A DNA stretch of 64,000 nucleotides from Thermoanaerobaculia bacterium (GTDB lineage Bacteria; Acidobacteriota; Thermoanaerobaculia; Multivoradales; JAGPDF01). This document shows positions 35,919-47,091 of the stretch, piece by piece. How positions within the stretch are numbered: the stretch's first letter is position 1; each line of letters begins with the position of its first letter. The position numbers were made by a program, and so were the translations under genes. Below the pieces are notes generated by a model that saw only the letters and a list, made by a program, of their open reading frames with translations, was not told where the DNA came from and ran no database searches. The stretch covers positions 657,037 to 721,036 of the forward strand of contig CAWDWZ010000006.1 in assembly GCA_963806165.1 (NCBI GenBank). Direction: 5' to 3'.

Positions 35919-36917
35919 CTAGCGCTCGATCGTCGTTCTTGTCGTTTCGCCGCTTGTCGAGTCGCTGGTGAAGAGCGTCGCCTCGGCCTGGATTCCTGCC
36001 GCCACCTCGGCGCCAGGACCGACGATACTCTGGCCCAACCGCGCCCCCTTACCGATCTTTCCGCCGCGCATCACGACGCAGCTGCGCAGATCGGCGTCGG
36101 CCTCGACGCGCGCGCCCGCTTCGACGATCGTGCGGCGGAGCCGGGCGCTGCCATCGACTTCGGCGCCCTTGACGATCCTCGCGGCCGCCCGCGAGCCGCG
36201 GAAGGTCCAGTCGAGGACGCCTTCGAGATAGCGCCGCGGCGTACCGAGATCGTGCCAGAGACGTGTGGTGGTCAGCGCGGCGATCGGCGCGCCCGCGGCG
36301 AGCAGCGGCTCGTAGAGCGCACTCACGACGTCGCTCGGCCCCTCCGGCAGGCGCTGCAGCAACTCCGGCTCGAGAATCTGCGCCCCCGCGAAAACGCAGT
36401 GCCGCCGCGCCGCACGGTACGCGAGCTGGCCGTCCCGAAAGGCGACGATCGCATCGCCTTCGAGCGCCACGCCGCCGCCGAACTCCCGTGCGTCGGCCTT
36501 GCGGTGCACCAGCAGCGTCGCCGCGGGCCGGCGGCGGCGGTGCGCGGCGAGGAGAGCTTCGACCGGCCAGCGGCAGAGGGTGTCGCCGTTGACCACCAGC
36601 ACCAGATCCGCCTGCTGAAGAAAGTCCCGGACCGGCGGCAGGGCGCCGCCCGTGCCGAGGAGCGTGGCCTCTTCCGAATAGCTGATCGGCAGGCCACGGA
36701 AGCTCGTGCCGAAGAGCTCTCGAATCTGGCTCCCCAGGTGGTGGAGATTGAGCGCCACCGCTTCGCAGCCGGCGGCGCGCAGGCGCTCGAGCGTCCAGGC
36801 GAGGAGCGGGCGACCGGCAACCGGCAGGAGGGGCTTGGGGAGCGCCGCGGTCAGCGGGCGCAGGCGCTCGCCGCGCCCGGCGGCGAGGACGAGCGCGCGC
36901 AGGCGGGGGCGGGGCAC
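35919..36917 (-). CDS. Sugar-1-phosphate nucleotidyltransferase (NTP-transferase domain plus C-terminal left-handed beta-helix).
   Basis: ALVLAAGRGERLRPLTAALPKPLLPV is the classic G-x-G-x-R-L nucleotidyltransferase start. The C-terminal hexapeptide-repeat region is IVGPGAEVAAGIQAEATLF. Confidence 0.75.
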   Translation of the reverse strand: MPRPRLRALVLAAGRGERLRPLTAALPKPLLPVAGRPLLAWTLERLRAAGCEAVALNLHHLGSQIRELFGTSFRGLPISYSEEATLLGTGGALPPVRDFLQQADLVLVVNGDTLCRWPVEALLAAHRRRRPAATLLVHRKADAREFGGGVALEGDAIVAFRDGQLAYRAARRHCVFAGAQILEPELLQRLPEGPSDVVSALYEPLLAAGAPIAALTTTRLWHDLGTPRRYLEGVLDWTFRGSRAAARIVKGAEVDGSARLRRTIVEAGARVEADADLRSCVVMRGGKIGKGARLGQSIVGPGAEVAAGIQAEATLFTSDSTSGETTRTTIER

Positions 36918-36942
36918 GGTTCGGGCGTCGCCGGTCGAACGA

Positions 36943-37512
36943 CTAGGGAGCGTCGCGGAAGATCATGTCGCGCGGCGCGTCGGGGTGCTCGGCGACGTAC
37001 TCCTCGTAGAGCATCAGATAGCTCTTGCGCAGCGACGTCTCGATGTCGAAGCCGCACCGCTTGGCGACCGCCTCGGCTTTCGAGCCCTCGAACTCGACGA
37101 AGTCCCCGATCGGAGTGTGATCGAGACAGATGGTTTCGGAACCGAGCCGCCATTCCTCGCGGATCTTCTGGTAGCGCCGCACGACCTCGTAGCCGAGCGC
37201 GGTGAACAGGGCGAGCGCGCTTTCCGAATTCTGCACCTCGATCTCGAGCTCGCGGCGGAGCTTCGCCGGACCGTCGAACGACGCCGGCCCCTTGAAGGTG
37301 ATGAGCGCGCCACGCCCGTCCTGGCGGATGCGCAGCACGCCTCCGGTCCGCACCAGCTCCCCCTTGCGATCGAGCAGCCAGTTGTCCTCGTTCGACGGCG
37401 GGCCGACCCGTTCGCATTCGAGCTCGAGCAGCCGCGAGCGCAACTGGTCGAGATCGACGCCGGCGAACTTGAGCTCGCGCTCGATCTGCGGCTTCTTGTG
37501 GGTGGCGCTCAT
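36943..37512 (-). CDS. CYTH-domain protein (class IV adenylate cyclase / triphosphatase fold).
   Basis: 189 aa. MSATHKKPQIERELKFAGVDLDQLRSRL... carries the ExExK motif. The ATG at 37512 overlaps the M20 stop (ATGA). The longer ORF to 38001 would overlap the M20 gene. Confidence 0.75.
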   Translation of the reverse strand: MSATHKKPQIERELKFAGVDLDQLRSRLLELECERVGPPSNEDNWLLDRKGELVRTGGVLRIRQDGRGALITFKGPASFDGPAKLRRELEIEVQNSESALALFTALGYEVVRRYQKIREEWRLGSETICLDHTPIGDFVEFEGSKAEAVAKRCGFDIETSLRKSYLMLYEEYVAEHPDAPRDMIFRDAP

Positions 37513-38939
37513 CCGCCCGACCTCTGCGCTCCCGAAGGCGTTGCCGGCATGGCGGCGAGTCGATCGAGAAAGCGCGCCACGGCGCGAATCCCGGAGTGGA
37601 AGTGGCTGATGTTGAATTTCTCGTTCGGGGAATGCAGGCGGTCGTCCTCGAGGCCGAAGCCCATGAGGAGCACCGGCACGCCGAGCACGCCGGAGAAGGT
37701 CCCGACGATCGGAATCGAGCCCCCGGTGCGGATCCGCAAGGCGCGGTTTCCCCACACCTCGGCGAGCGCTGCGAGCGCCTGCTGGGCGATCGGGCCGGTC
37801 GCGTCGACGGTGACCGGATCGGCGCCGTGGAGAAACTCGACCTCGACCGTCACTCCCGGCGGGGTGAACTTCGCGACGTGCGCCTTCACCAGCTCGGCGA
37901 TCCGGGCCGGTCGCTGATCTGCGACCAGGCGGAACGACACCTTGCACCCGGCCTTGGCCGGCAGCACCGTCTTCGCCCCCTTGCCCTGGTAGCCGCTCCA
38001 CAGACCGTTGACATCACAGGTCGGACGGGCCCAGGTACGTTCGACGTAGCTGTACCCCGCCTCTCCGGAGAGCGCGGCGACCGCGATATCCGTCTTCGTC
38101 TCGTTGTCGTCGAAGTCGAGGGCCGCGAACTCCTTGCGCTCCCAGTCGGCGAGCGGCCGCACCTCGTCGTAGAAGCCCGCGACCTGGATCTTCCCGGTGC
38201 GGCAGTCGCGCAAGCTCGCGATGATCTCGGCCAGGGCGTTCGCCGGGTTGGTCACCCCGCCGCCGTAGACCCCGGAGTGCAGATCGCGATTCGGACCCTG
38301 GACGCGGATCTCGAAATAGGCAAGCCCTTTCAGGCCGTAGGTGAGCGCCGGAACGCCGGGCGCCCAGAGCGAGGTGTCGGAGACGACCACCACGTCGCAG
38401 GCCAGCTGCTTGCCGGCGTCGGCGCGGACGAATTTCTCGATCGACTCGCCGCCCGACTCTTCCTCCCCTTCGACCAGGAACTTGACGTTCACCGGCAGCT
38501 TGCCGCGCTCGGCGAGGAGCGCTTCGACCGCCTTGACGTGGGTGTAGGACTGTCCTTTGTCGTCGGTCGAACCGCGGCCTACCAGGCAATCGCCCTCCTC
38601 GGTCGGCTCGAAGGGCGGGTTCCGCCACTCCTCGAGCGGGTCGGGAGGTTGGACGTCGTAGTGGCCGTAGAACAGCACTGTCGGCTTGTCCGCGCCCGCA
38701 TCCAGCCTCTCGGCATAGACCAGCGGATGCCCGGCGGTGGCGATCTTTCGGGTGGTGAGCCCGGCGGCCTCGAGCTTGGCGATCAGCCAGTCGGCGCAGC
38801 GACCGATCTCGTCCTTGTAGGCGGGATCGGTCGAGATCGACGGGATCCGCAAGTACTCCTTGAGCTCTGCGAGGTAGCGCCGCTGCTCGCGCGCGATGCG
38901 GGCGAAGACGTCGTCGGAAGAGGTGGCGTTGGTGGTCAT
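37509..38939 (-). CDS. M20-family metallopeptidase (dipeptidase / ArgE-DapE-CPG2-like).
   Basis: 476 aa. Metal-binding motifs: VLFYGHYDVQPP, GRGSTDDKG, EGEEESGG. The ATG is at 38939. Confidence 0.85.
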   Translation of the reverse strand: MTTNATSSDDVFARIAREQRRYLAELKEYLRIPSISTDPAYKDEIGRCADWLIAKLEAAGLTTRKIATAGHPLVYAERLDAGADKPTVLFYGHYDVQPPDPLEEWRNPPFEPTEEGDCLVGRGSTDDKGQSYTHVKAVEALLAERGKLPVNVKFLVEGEEESGGESIEKFVRADAGKQLACDVVVVSDTSLWAPGVPALTYGLKGLAYFEIRVQGPNRDLHSGVYGGGVTNPANALAEIIASLRDCRTGKIQVAGFYDEVRPLADWERKEFAALDFDDNETKTDIAVAALSGEAGYSYVERTWARPTCDVNGLWSGYQGKGAKTVLPAKAGCKVSFRLVADQRPARIAELVKAHVAKFTPPGVTVEVEFLHGADPVTVDATGPIAQQALAALAEVWGNRALRIRTGGSIPIVGTFSGVLGVPVLLMGFGLEDDRLHSPNEKFNISHFHSGIRAVARFLDRLAAMPATPSGAQRSGG

Positions 38940-39034
38940 GAGTCTCTTTGAGTAACCCCGGCAGATCCAACCCAGCGGGTCGTTCAGTTTACCAGAGGGC
39001 GCCCTCCCCGGAATGAAATCCGCAGTGAGCGGCG

Positions 39035-39649
39035 TCACCAACCTCGGCGCAGCGTTTCGCTCGCGGTCACGACCGCCGTCATCGGCACGTCGTGCGCCGC
39101 GACCGGAAGCCGATCGACGAGCTGGGTCTCGAATGCGAGTCCAATCGCCGGAAAGGGCCGGCCGGCCCCGTCTCCAATCAGAAAACGATCGAAGTAGCCG
39201 CTGCCGTAGCCGAGCCGGTACGCCCGGCGATCGAAACCGAGCCCGAGGACGATCGCGACGTCGAGCGTGGTGTCGATCTCGGCTTCCGCGACTTCCGACG
39301 CCGGCCGCTCTCCGCGTTTGGGATGCGGCGGCTGGCGCAACCCGAAGGCGAGCGTCGTGAGCTCGCACGGATAGCGGTGCACGTGGATCCTGCGGTCGCG
39401 CGGATCGGCGCGCGGCACGTAGATCTCGCGCCCGGCGGCGCGCCAGCCGTCGACTAAGTCCCACGTGTCGAGCTCGTCACCGAACGAGAGACAGGCGAAG
39501 ATCCGCCGCGCACCGGCCACTTCGGGCAGCGCGAGCAGCCTCTCGCCGGCGGCGCGCGCCGACCGCGCCCGCTCGTCCGGCGCGAGCGCCGCGAGACGAG
39601 CCGCGAGCCTCTTGCGCAGAGCGGCCTTTTCGAGCGCCACGGGGTCCAT
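39035..39649 (-). CDS. 5-formyltetrahydrofolate cyclo-ligase (MTHFS).
   Basis: 204 aa. MDPVALEKAALRKRLAARL...RIFACLSFGDELDTWDL...GYGSGYFDR has the conserved GxGxGYYD-like motif. Confidence 0.8.
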   Translation of the reverse strand: MDPVALEKAALRKRLAARLAALAPDERARSARAAGERLLALPEVAGARRIFACLSFGDELDTWDLVDGWRAAGREIYVPRADPRDRRIHVHRYPCELTTLAFGLRQPPHPKRGERPASEVAEAEIDTTLDVAIVLGLGFDRRAYRLGYGSGYFDRFLIGDGAGRPFPAIGLAFETQLVDRLPVAAHDVPMTAVVTASETLRRGW

Positions 39650-39705
39650 GGATCCGCCTCCGCGCCGATTCTCCCACCGCCACGTCGGTCCCGCACGAGC
39701 CCGCT

Positions 39706-40290
39706 TCAATCTGGGCCCGGACCGGCTCCCTCGGCGAGCGGCGGCGGCGCACGGCGCGCCAGACGCACCAGACGCACCAGATTCACCCCGTTGACCAGGA
39801 AGTGGGCGACGATCGCGCCGCCCAGCGGCCCGCGCAAGGCCACCAGTGCACCGAGCGCGAGGCCTCCGGCGAGAGCGAACAGGCTCCAGATCCGGAAGCC
39901 CTTGCCGGGTCCGGCGTGGAGGAGGGCGAAGAGCACCGCCGCCGGCAGAGCTCCGATCGCCCCCTGGAGGGCGCCGCGGAAGAAGAGCTCTTCGGCGAGC
40001 GCCGAGATGAGAGCGAGCGCCACCGCCTCGGTGACCGTGAGTGGGGCGAGCAGGAGCGTGAGCTCGTCCTCCAGGGCGCGCGCCGCGACGAACGAACGGC
40101 GTAAGGTCCACCAGAACAGGAGCAGTGCGCCACCGATCACGATCCCGGCGCCGAGATCGATCCACCAGCCTTCCGGATCGACGAACAGCTCCATCCCGAG
40201 CCGCCCGCGCTCGAAGCCGAGCCAGAGAAGCGCGACGATGGCGAGGACGAGATAGAACAGCCAGGCGATGCGATAGAAGTTTCGGCCCAC
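39706..40290 (-). CDS. CPBP-family intramembrane metalloprotease (CAAX protease / Abi).
   Basis: Polytopic membrane protein with motif 1 EELFFRG and motif 2 LFALLHAG.... Confidence 0.8.
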   Translation of the reverse strand: MGRNFYRIAWLFYLVLAIVALLWLGFERGRLGMELFVDPEGWWIDLGAGIVIGGALLLFWWTLRRSFVAARALEDELTLLLAPLTVTEAVALALISALAEELFFRGALQGAIGALPAAVLFALLHAGPGKGFRIWSLFALAGGLALGALVALRGPLGGAIVAHFLVNGVNLVRLVRLARRAPPPLAEGAGPGPD

Positions 40291-40369
40291 CAGCGAATCC
40301 TCGCACGGCGCCGCCGGCGCGCGAACGCCCGGGCGCGCCGGCCCCGGAGCGCTGCTAGAGTTCGCGCCG

Positions 40370-41485
40370 ATGTTCTCCGGTCTCGCTCAGCCCGGCACCT
40401 TCGACCACGCTCGCGCGCCGCGCATCGGCGTTCTGCTCTCGAATCTCGGCACGCCGGAGGAGCCGACGCCGGCCGCCTTGCGCACCTACCTCCGCGAGTT
40501 CCTCTCCGATCCGCGGGTCATCGAGCTGCCGCGTTGGAAGTGGCTGCCGATTCTCCACCTCTTCGTCCTGCCCCGCCGACCGCGTACCTCGGCGGCGCTC
40601 TACCGCCAGGTGTGGACCGCAGAGGGCTCGCCGCTGTTCGTGACTTCGCGCCGGCAGCGCGCCGGCGTTGCGGCGCGCCTCGGCGAGCGTTTCGGCGACC
40701 GGGTCGCGGTCGCCCTTGGCATGCGCTATGGCAAGCCCGCGATCGCTTCCGCGCTCGCCGAGCTCGCCGCTCTCGATTGCCGCCGCCTCCTCGTCCTGCC
40801 GCTCTATCCCCAGTACGCCGCCGCCACGACCGGCTCGACCTTCGACGCGGTCTTCACCGCACTCATGCGGGCCCGTTGGGTGCCGGCCCTGCGCACCGTC
40901 GCGAGCTACCACGACGAGCCGGGCTACATCGCTGCGCTCGCCGCGAGCGTGCGCGAGCTCTGGCGCCGCGACGGCGAGCCCGACAAGCTCCTGATCTCTT
41001 TTCACGGCATGCCGGTGCGCTACTTCGAGAGCGGCGATCCGTACTTCTGCTGCTGCCAGAAAACGGCGCGCCTGCTGGCCGAGGCCCTCGCGCTGCCGGC
41101 CGATCGCTGGCAGGTGAGCTTCCAGTCGCTCTTCGGCAAAGAGGAGTGGCTGCAGCCGTACACCGATCGTACCGTCGCTGCGCTCGCCCGCGACGGCGTG
41201 CGCGCGCTCGACGTCGTCTGTCCGGGCTTCTCCGCCGACTGCCTCGAGACGCTCGAGGAGATCGACGTCCTCAACCGCGGCATCTTCGCGCGCCACGGCG
41301 GCGAGCGCTTTCGTTTCGTGCCCTGCCTCAACGCTCGCGCCGACCATCTCGACTTTCTCGCCGACCTCGTCGCCCGTCATCTCGCCGGGTGGGACACCGA
41401 CCCGAACGACAGCGCGGCCGACGACGCGCGCGCCGCCGCGACCGCCCGCCGGGCCGGGGCGATGCAGGAACGCTCCGCCGGCTGA
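40370..41485 (+). CDS. hemH: Ferrochelatase.
   Basis: 371 aa. IGVLLSNLGTPEEPTPAALRTYLREFLSDPRVIE...LPLYPQYAAATTGS...SFHGMP is the canonical HemH sequence. Confidence 0.9.
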   Translation: MFSGLAQPGTFDHARAPRIGVLLSNLGTPEEPTPAALRTYLREFLSDPRVIELPRWKWLPILHLFVLPRRPRTSAALYRQVWTAEGSPLFVTSRRQRAGVAARLGERFGDRVAVALGMRYGKPAIASALAELAALDCRRLLVLPLYPQYAAATTGSTFDAVFTALMRARWVPALRTVASYHDEPGYIAALAASVRELWRRDGEPDKLLISFHGMPVRYFESGDPYFCCCQKTARLLAEALALPADRWQVSFQSLFGKEEWLQPYTDRTVAALARDGVRALDVVCPGFSADCLETLEEIDVLNRGIFARHGGERFRFVPCLNARADHLDFLADLVARHLAGWDTDPNDSAADDARAAATARRAGAMQERSAG

Positions 41486-41575
41486 GCGGTGGCGCTCCCA
41501 CCCGGCCGGGCAGTCTTTGCGAACCGTGACAGTTCCATGACAATTCGCTCGCCAGGCGCTGGTAGAACCCTCGGC

Positions 41576-42940
41576 ATGGACGCCATCGGACTCGTCGGAC
41601 TGACTTTTCGCAGCTCGGGCTCGGAGGCGATCGCGCGCTTCACGGTCGCCCGCGAGCAGCGCGCCGCGGTGACTGCGACCCTCGCCGCCGAGCTGGGCGT
41701 CAGCGAGCTCGTCTATCTCGCGACCTGCAATCGGGTCGAGGTCCTCTACCGCGAGCGCGACGGCCGCCGTACCGCCGATCGCCGGCGCGACGTCTTTCGC
41801 GTGCTCACCGGCTGCGAGCCGCAGCCCGGCGAAGCCGAGCACCAGATGCGCGGCTGGCACGGAGAAGGTGCAGTCGAACATCTCTTCGTCGTCGCCGCCG
41901 GTCTCGATTCGGCCCAGCTCGGTGAACGCGAGATCCAGGGCCAGCTCCGGGACGCGCTCGCCACGGCGCGCGACGCCGGCACCGCTGGCTCCGGCACCGC
42001 CGGCCAGGGTTTGCTCGGCCGTCTCGTCGAGGAGGCGCTGCGCGTCGCGCATCAGGTGCACCGCGCTTCGGGCGTCGGCGAGGGCCGCCTGTCGCTCGCC
42101 GAGATCGCCGCCGATCATCTGCTCGAGCGCGTGCGGCGTTCGCCCGGCCGCGTGGCTCTGGTCGGCGTTTCGCCGATGACCGAGAAGTGCGGCGCGGCGC
42201 TGGCGCGCGAAGGCGTGGCGCTCGTCGTCGTCAATCGCACGCTCGAGCACGCGCGCCTTCTGGCGGCGAAGCTCGGGGGCGCCGAGGCGATGAGTCTCGA
42301 CGACTTTCGCTCGCGCCCGCCGCGCATCGAGGCGCTGGTCGCCGCCACCGGCGCTTCCGAGGCCGTGCTCGACCGCGCCTGCCTCGAGCGGCTCGCGGCG
42401 CGGAGCGCAAGCGGCGAGCCACCGCTCGCGGTCGACCTGGCGGTACCGCCGGACGTCGATCCCGCCGCGGCGCGCGCCGTCGGCATTCAGCGCCTCGGCA
42501 TGGACGAGATCAACCGCGAGGCCGACGAGCAGCTGGGTCGCCGGCGGAGCGAGGCGGCGGCGTCGCGCGAGCTGGTCGACGAGGCGCTCGAGGAGCTGCG
42601 CCATCGCCTGGCCGAGCGCGTGCTGTCGCCGGTCCTGGCGCGCATCAATCAGCGCTACCGGCAGACCGCGGCCGAAGGAGTCGAGCGCCTTCTCGCCAAG
42701 GAGGGCGCCGGCTTCGATGAACGCCAGCGCGAGGCCTTGGGGCGCTGGGCCGAGACCCTTGCCAAGCGCCTGGCCCACCTGCCGACGCTCGGCCTGAGGG
42801 GCCTGGCGAGCGAGCTCGGCGTCGAGGCGGTGGCGAGCTTCCTCGCCGCCGGCGACCAGGAGCTCTTCCGCGAGTTCACCGACATCGCCAGGGCGCTCGA
42901 CCCGCTGGCCCCGAATCCCGAGATGGAGAGCCGCCGATGA
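41576..42940 (+). CDS. hemA: Glutamyl-tRNA reductase.
   Basis: [24 protein letters not shown]...[11 protein letters not shown] has the catalytic Cys in TCNR. The NADPH-binding region is [12 protein letters not shown]. The longer upstream extension to 41489 is unlikely. Confidence 0.85.
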   Translation: MDAIGLVGLTFRSSGSEAIARFTVAREQRAAVTATLAAELGVSELVYLATCNRVEVLYRERDGRRTADRRRDVFRVLTGCEPQPGEAEHQMRGWHGEGAVEHLFVVAAGLDSAQLGEREIQGQLRDALATARDAGTAGSGTAGQGLLGRLVEEALRVAHQVHRASGVGEGRLSLAEIAADHLLERVRRSPGRVALVGVSPMTEKCGAALAREGVALVVVNRTLEHARLLAAKLGGAEAMSLDDFRSRPPRIEALVAATGASEAVLDRACLERLAARSASGEPPLAVDLAVPPDVDPAAARAVGIQRLGMDEINREADEQLGRRRSEAAASRELVDEALEELRHRLAERVLSPVLARINQRYRQTAAEGVERLLAKEGAGFDERQREALGRWAETLAKRLAHLPTLGLRGLASELGVEAVASFLAAGDQELFREFTDIARALDPLAPNPEMESRR

Positions 42941-44288
42941 GCAAGACTCTGGTTCCGAGCCCGAAAGCCTCTCCGGCCCCTGTGCCGGCCGACTCCGCCG
43001 GCCCGCGCTCGCGCGCGCTGTTCGCGCGCGCCAAGGCGGTGACCCCCGGCGGTGTTCATTCCCCGGTGCGCGCCTTTCGCGCCGTCGGCGGCACGCCGCT
43101 CTTCCTGGCACGCGGCGAAGGCGCCGAGATCGAGGACGCCGACGGCCACCGCTATCTCGACTTCGTCGGCTCCTGGGGCCCGCTCATCCTCGGACACGCG
43201 CACCCGGAAGTGCTGGTGGCGGTCGCCGCGGCCGCGCGCCAGGGCATGACGTTCGGTGCCCCGTGTGCCGGCGAGGTCGAGCTCGCCGAGGCCGTGGTGG
43301 CGCGCTATCCCGGGCTCGAGCAGGTGCGCTTCGTCTCCTCGGGCACCGAGGCCACGATGAGTGCCATCCGGTTGGCGCGTGGCGCCACCGGCCGCGATCT
43401 GATCGTCAAGTTCGCCGGCTGCTACCACGGCCACGCCGACCACCTGCTGGTCGCCGCCGGATCGGGGCTGGTGACGTTCGGACGGCCGAGCTCGGCCGGA
43501 GTTCCGGCGCCCTTCGCCGCGCTCACCCGCGTCCTGCCGCTCGACGACGAGGCGGCGCTCGACGAGCTCTTTAGCGTCGAGGGCGAGCGCATTGCGGCGG
43601 TGATCATCGAGCCGGTGCCGGCCAACAACGGCCTTCTGCTCCAGCGCGTCGAATTCCTGCGCCACCTGCGCGCGGTGACGGCGCGCGCCGGCGCCCTGCT
43701 CATCTTCGACGAAGTGATCAGCGGCTTCCGCGTCGCCAGAGGGGGCGCGGCGGAGCTTTACGGCCTCACCCCCGACCTCGCCACCTTCGGCAAGATTCTC
43801 GGCGGCGGCATGCCGGTCGGAGCGTTCGGCGGGCGACGGGACCTGATGCAGCACCTGGCGCCCGAGGGCGACGTCTATCAGGCCGGGACGCTCTCCGGCA
43901 ATCCGGTGGCGATGGCCGCCGGCCTCGCGACGCTCGCGCATCCTCGACCGCGAGTCCGCCTGGTCGCGACTCGAGGAGCTCGGCGCCGAGCTCGAGCGCG
44001 CTCTCGCGCCGGTTCTCGCTGCGGCGCCCTGGCCGATCAGCCTGGTGCGCCAGGGCTCGCTCTTCTGGCTGAGCCTCCAGGCCGGCGCCGCGCCGCGCGC
44101 GCGCCGACGCCATCGCTGCCGACGGCGCGGCGCGCTACAGGACGATCTTCCACGGCCTGCTCGCGCGCGGCGTGGCGCTCGCGCCCTCGGCTTACGAAGT
44201 GGGATTTCTCTCCCTCGCGCACCGCGCCGAGCACCTCGAGCGCCTGGCTGCGGCGCTCGTCGCGACTCTTGCCGAGGCCCGCGGCTGA
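42937..44288 (+). CDS. hemL: Glutamate-1-semialdehyde 2,1-aminomutase. At least two frameshifts lie in the 3' quarter, near 43925-43945 and 44090-44110.
   Basis: Class III aminotransferase with PLP-lysine in [16 protein letters not shown]. The C-terminus ...[49 protein letters not shown]...[50 protein letters not shown] can be read only by switching frames. The stop overlaps the HK start region. Confidence 0.85.
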
Positions 44289-44291
44289 ACC

Positions 44292-45398
44292 ATGACGATG
44301 CGGCTCGAGCGCACCCGCGCGCTGCGCATCGCCTTTCTGGCGATCCTGGTCTTTTCCGCCGGTGAGGTGATCTGGTGGATGCTCGACCAGCGCCGCCTGG
44401 TGGCCTGGGAGTCGGCGCGGCTCGCCGCGCTGCACGAGACGAATCGGCAGGCCGCCGCGACGCTTCTCGCCGAAGGGACCGGCCCCGACAAGCTCGCCCG
44501 GCTCTTTCCGGACCTCGACTTCGCCGGCGCCGCCATCAGGGTCTCGCCGCGGGCATTCGAGCTGGTCGAGCGTGAGCACACGCGGCGCCTGCGGCAGTAT
44601 GCCTGGGAGGGCGGCTTCTTTCTCGTCGTCCTCGGAGCCTGCATGGCGGTCATCGGCCGGACGCTGCGCGAAGAGGCCGAGCTCCGCCTGCGCCAGCAGA
44701 ACTTCATCGCCGCGGTGACGCACGAGCTCAAGAGCCCGATCGCCAGCCTGCAGCTCGCCGCGGAAACGATCACGCTGCGCCGCCCCGAGCCGGCGCGGCT
44801 CGACGAGCTGGTCAAGCGGATGCGCGGCGACATCCGCCGGCTCGAGGAGATGGTGGGCCGGATCCTCGACACCGCGATGCTCGAAACCGGCCGGCCGCAC
44901 TTGCGCAAGGAGCGCCTGCCGCTCGCACGCCTGGTGGCGACGGTCGCCGAGGAGTTCGCCGAGCGCGCCGCGGAGCACAACGTACGACTGGCCGCGACCG
45001 TCCCCGCCGGGCTCGCGATCGCGGCCGATCCGGCGGCGGCCGCAACCGTGCTGCGCAATCTGATCGAAAACGCGCTGCGCGCCTCGATCGCGGCCGGCGG
45101 CCGGGAGATCCGCCTCTCCGGCCGGGCCCGCGGCGGATTCGTCGAGCTCGAGGTCGCCGACGACGGCGTCGGCTTCAATCCTGCCGAGGCCGAGCGCCTG
45201 TTCGAAAAGTTCTACCGCCCGGGCGACGAGCTACGGCGCACCAGCAAGGGCACCGGCCTCGGCCTTTACGTCGTCCGCCGCTTCGTCGAGCTCGAGCGCG
45301 GTCACGTGCGCGCGGCGAGCCCCGGCCCGGGCTGCGGCGCGAGCTTCACCGTCGCCTGGCCGGCCGCTACCCCGGAAGATGGCGAGGAGGCCTCGTGA
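44292..45398 (+). CDS. Membrane sensor histidine kinase (two TM helices, periplasmic loop, HisKA, HATPase_c), embedded in the heme operon.
   Basis: TM1 [17 protein letters not shown] periplasmic loop of about 90 aa. TM2 [17 protein letters not shown]-box [16 protein letters not shown]1 and G2 boxes: [22 protein letters not shown]. The 3' end overlaps the RR start. Confidence 0.85.
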   Translation: MTMRLERTRALRIAFLAILVFSAGEVIWWMLDQRRLVAWESARLAALHETNRQAAATLLAEGTGPDKLARLFPDLDFAGAAIRVSPRAFELVEREHTRRLRQYAWEGGFFLVVLGACMAVIGRTLREEAELRLRQQNFIAAVTHELKSPIASLQLAAETITLRRPEPARLDELVKRMRGDIRRLEEMVGRILDTAMLETGRPHLRKERLPLARLVATVAEEFAERAAEHNVRLAATVPAGLAIAADPAAAATVLRNLIENALRASIAAGGREIRLSGRARGGFVELEVADDGVGFNPAEAERLFEKFYRPGDELRRTSKGTGLGLYVVRRFVELERGHVRAASPGPGCGASFTVAWPAATPEDGEEAS

Positions 45399-46114
45399 AC
45401 GAGCCGCGCTCCATTCTGGTGGTCGAGGACGAAGAGCATCTCGCCCAGGGCATCGCCGAAAATCTCGAGGCGGAGGGTTACCGGGTCGCGATCGTCGGCG
45501 AAGGACGAGCGGCGCTCGCGGCGATCCGGCGCGGCGGACAGGACCTCGTTCTGCTCGACGTCATGCTTCCCGGGCTCGACGGTTTCACGATCTGCGAGAC
45601 CGCGCGCCAGGAAGGGATCCAGACGCCGGTGCTCTTCCTGACCGCGAAGTCGAGCGTCGACGATCGTGTGCAGGGTTTCGAAGCTGGCGGCGACGACTAC
45701 CTGCCGAAGCCGTTCCACCTGCAGGAACTACTGGCGCGCGTCAAGGTCATCCTGAAACGCTGGAGCTGGTACGAGCGCGCCACCGCGACCGCTGCGCAGG
45801 TGCTCCGTTTCGGCGACAACGAGTTCGACTTCGCGAGCCTCCAGGGACGCTCGTGGGACGGCACTCCCCAGCCGCTGACCCAGAAAGAGGCGGTGATCCT
45901 GAAAGTCCTCGCCGAGCGCGAAGGCGAGGTCGTCTCGCGCGAGGAGCTGCTCGACAAGGCGTGGGGCTACGAGCTCTTTCCTTCCACCCGGACGGTCGAC
46001 AATTTCATCGTCCGGCTGCGCAAACGCTTCGAGCGCGACGCGCAGCAGCCGCAGCACTTCCACACCGTGCGCGGCGTCGGCTATCGCTTCACCGTCCAGG
46101 GGGAATCCTCGTGA
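45395..46114 (+). CDS. OmpR-family response regulator (REC plus winged-helix).
   Basis: ILVVEDEEHL...LVLLDVMLPGLDG...LFLTAKS is the receiver. TVRGVGYRF is the trans_reg_C domain. The stop overlaps the hemC GTG start. Confidence 0.9.
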   Translation: MNEPRSILVVEDEEHLAQGIAENLEAEGYRVAIVGEGRAALAAIRRGGQDLVLLDVMLPGLDGFTICETARQEGIQTPVLFLTAKSSVDDRVQGFEAGGDDYLPKPFHLQELLARVKVILKRWSWYERATATAAQVLRFGDNEFDFASLQGRSWDGTPQPLTQKEAVILKVLAEREGEVVSREELLDKAWGYELFPSTRTVDNFIVRLRKRFERDAQQPQHFHTVRGVGYRFTVQGESS

Positions 46115-47091
46115 GCCGAACGCTCCGCATCGGCACCCGCGGCTCGGAGCTCGCGCTCTGGCAGGCGCGCCACGTCGCGGGCCTCCTCGCCCACCTCCCC
46201 GGCGCGCCCGGGCAGCTCCTCGTCGAGATCGTCGAGATCCGCACCGCAGGCGACCATGTGCTCGACCGGCCGCTCTCCGAGATCCCCGGCAAAGCGTTCT
46301 TCACCAAGGAGATCGAGGAGGCGCTCGCCGCCGGCACGGTCGACCTCGCGGTGCACAGCCTGAAGGACCTGCCGACCGAGCTTCCTGACGCTCTCGCGCT
46401 CGCCGCGGTGCTCGAGCGTGAGGATCCGCGCGACGTCTGGCTGGCGCGCGGCGGCCCCGCCGGGCCCGGCTTCGACGCTCTCCCGGCCGGCGCGCGCGTC
46501 GGCACCAGCAGTCTCCGGCGGCGCGCCCTCGTCGCCCGCTTCCGCGCCGACCTCGAGCTCGTCGATCTGCGCGGCAACGTGCCGACCCGGGTGCGCCGGC
46601 TCGAGGAGGGGCGCTACGACGCCATCGTGCTCGCCGCCGCCGGCGTCAAACGGCTCGGGCTCGAACGCCATGTCACCGAGTACCTGCCGCTCGCGCGCTT
46701 TCTGCCGGCGGTGGCGCAGGGTGCGGTCGCGGTCGAGATTCGCGCCGCCGACGAAGCGACCGGAGCCTGGGTGCGCCAGCTCGACCACCCGCCGACCCGC
46801 CTCGCGACCGCGGCCGAGCGCGCGCTCCTCGCGCGGCTCGAGGGCGGCTGCCAAGTGCCGGTCGGCGCGCTGGCGTCGATCGATACGCTCGACGGCGAAA
46901 GGCTCAACCTCGCCGCCGAGGTCACCTCGATCGACGGCAGCCGCCATGTCGCCGGCCGGCGGCGCGGTGCCGCGAGCCGCCCAGAGGAGCTCGGACGGGG
47001 ACTCGCAGAAGAGCTGATCGCCGGCGGCGCGGCCGGCATCCTCGCCTCGATCCGCGCCTTGACCCGACCGCCCGAAAGCGGGCACTCGTGA
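46111..47091 (+). CDS. hemC: Hydroxymethylbilane synthase (porphobilinogen deaminase).
   Basis: [22 protein letters not shown]...[13 protein letters not shown]...GGCQVPVGA contains the cofactor-binding Cys. GTG start. Confidence 0.85.
   Translation: MSRTLRIGTRGSELALWQARHVAGLLAHLPGAPGQLLVEIVEIRTAGDHVLDRPLSEIPGKAFFTKEIEEALAAGTVDLAVHSLKDLPTELPDALALAAVLEREDPRDVWLARGGPAGPGFDALPAGARVGTSSLRRRALVARFRADLELVDLRGNVPTRVRRLEEGRYDAIVLAAAGVKRLGLERHVTEYLPLARFLPAVAQGAVAVEIRAADEATGAWVRQLDHPPTRLATAAERALLARLEGGCQVPVGALASIDTLDGERLNLAAEVTSIDGSRHVAGRRRGAASRPEELGRGLAEELIAGGAAGILASIRALTRPPESGHS

Noticed and set aside
45379-46110. The upstream part of the 570-aa ORF containing hemC.
   Set aside because: It overlaps the response-regulator gene out of frame and has no HemC similarity. 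hemC starts at the GTG at 46111.
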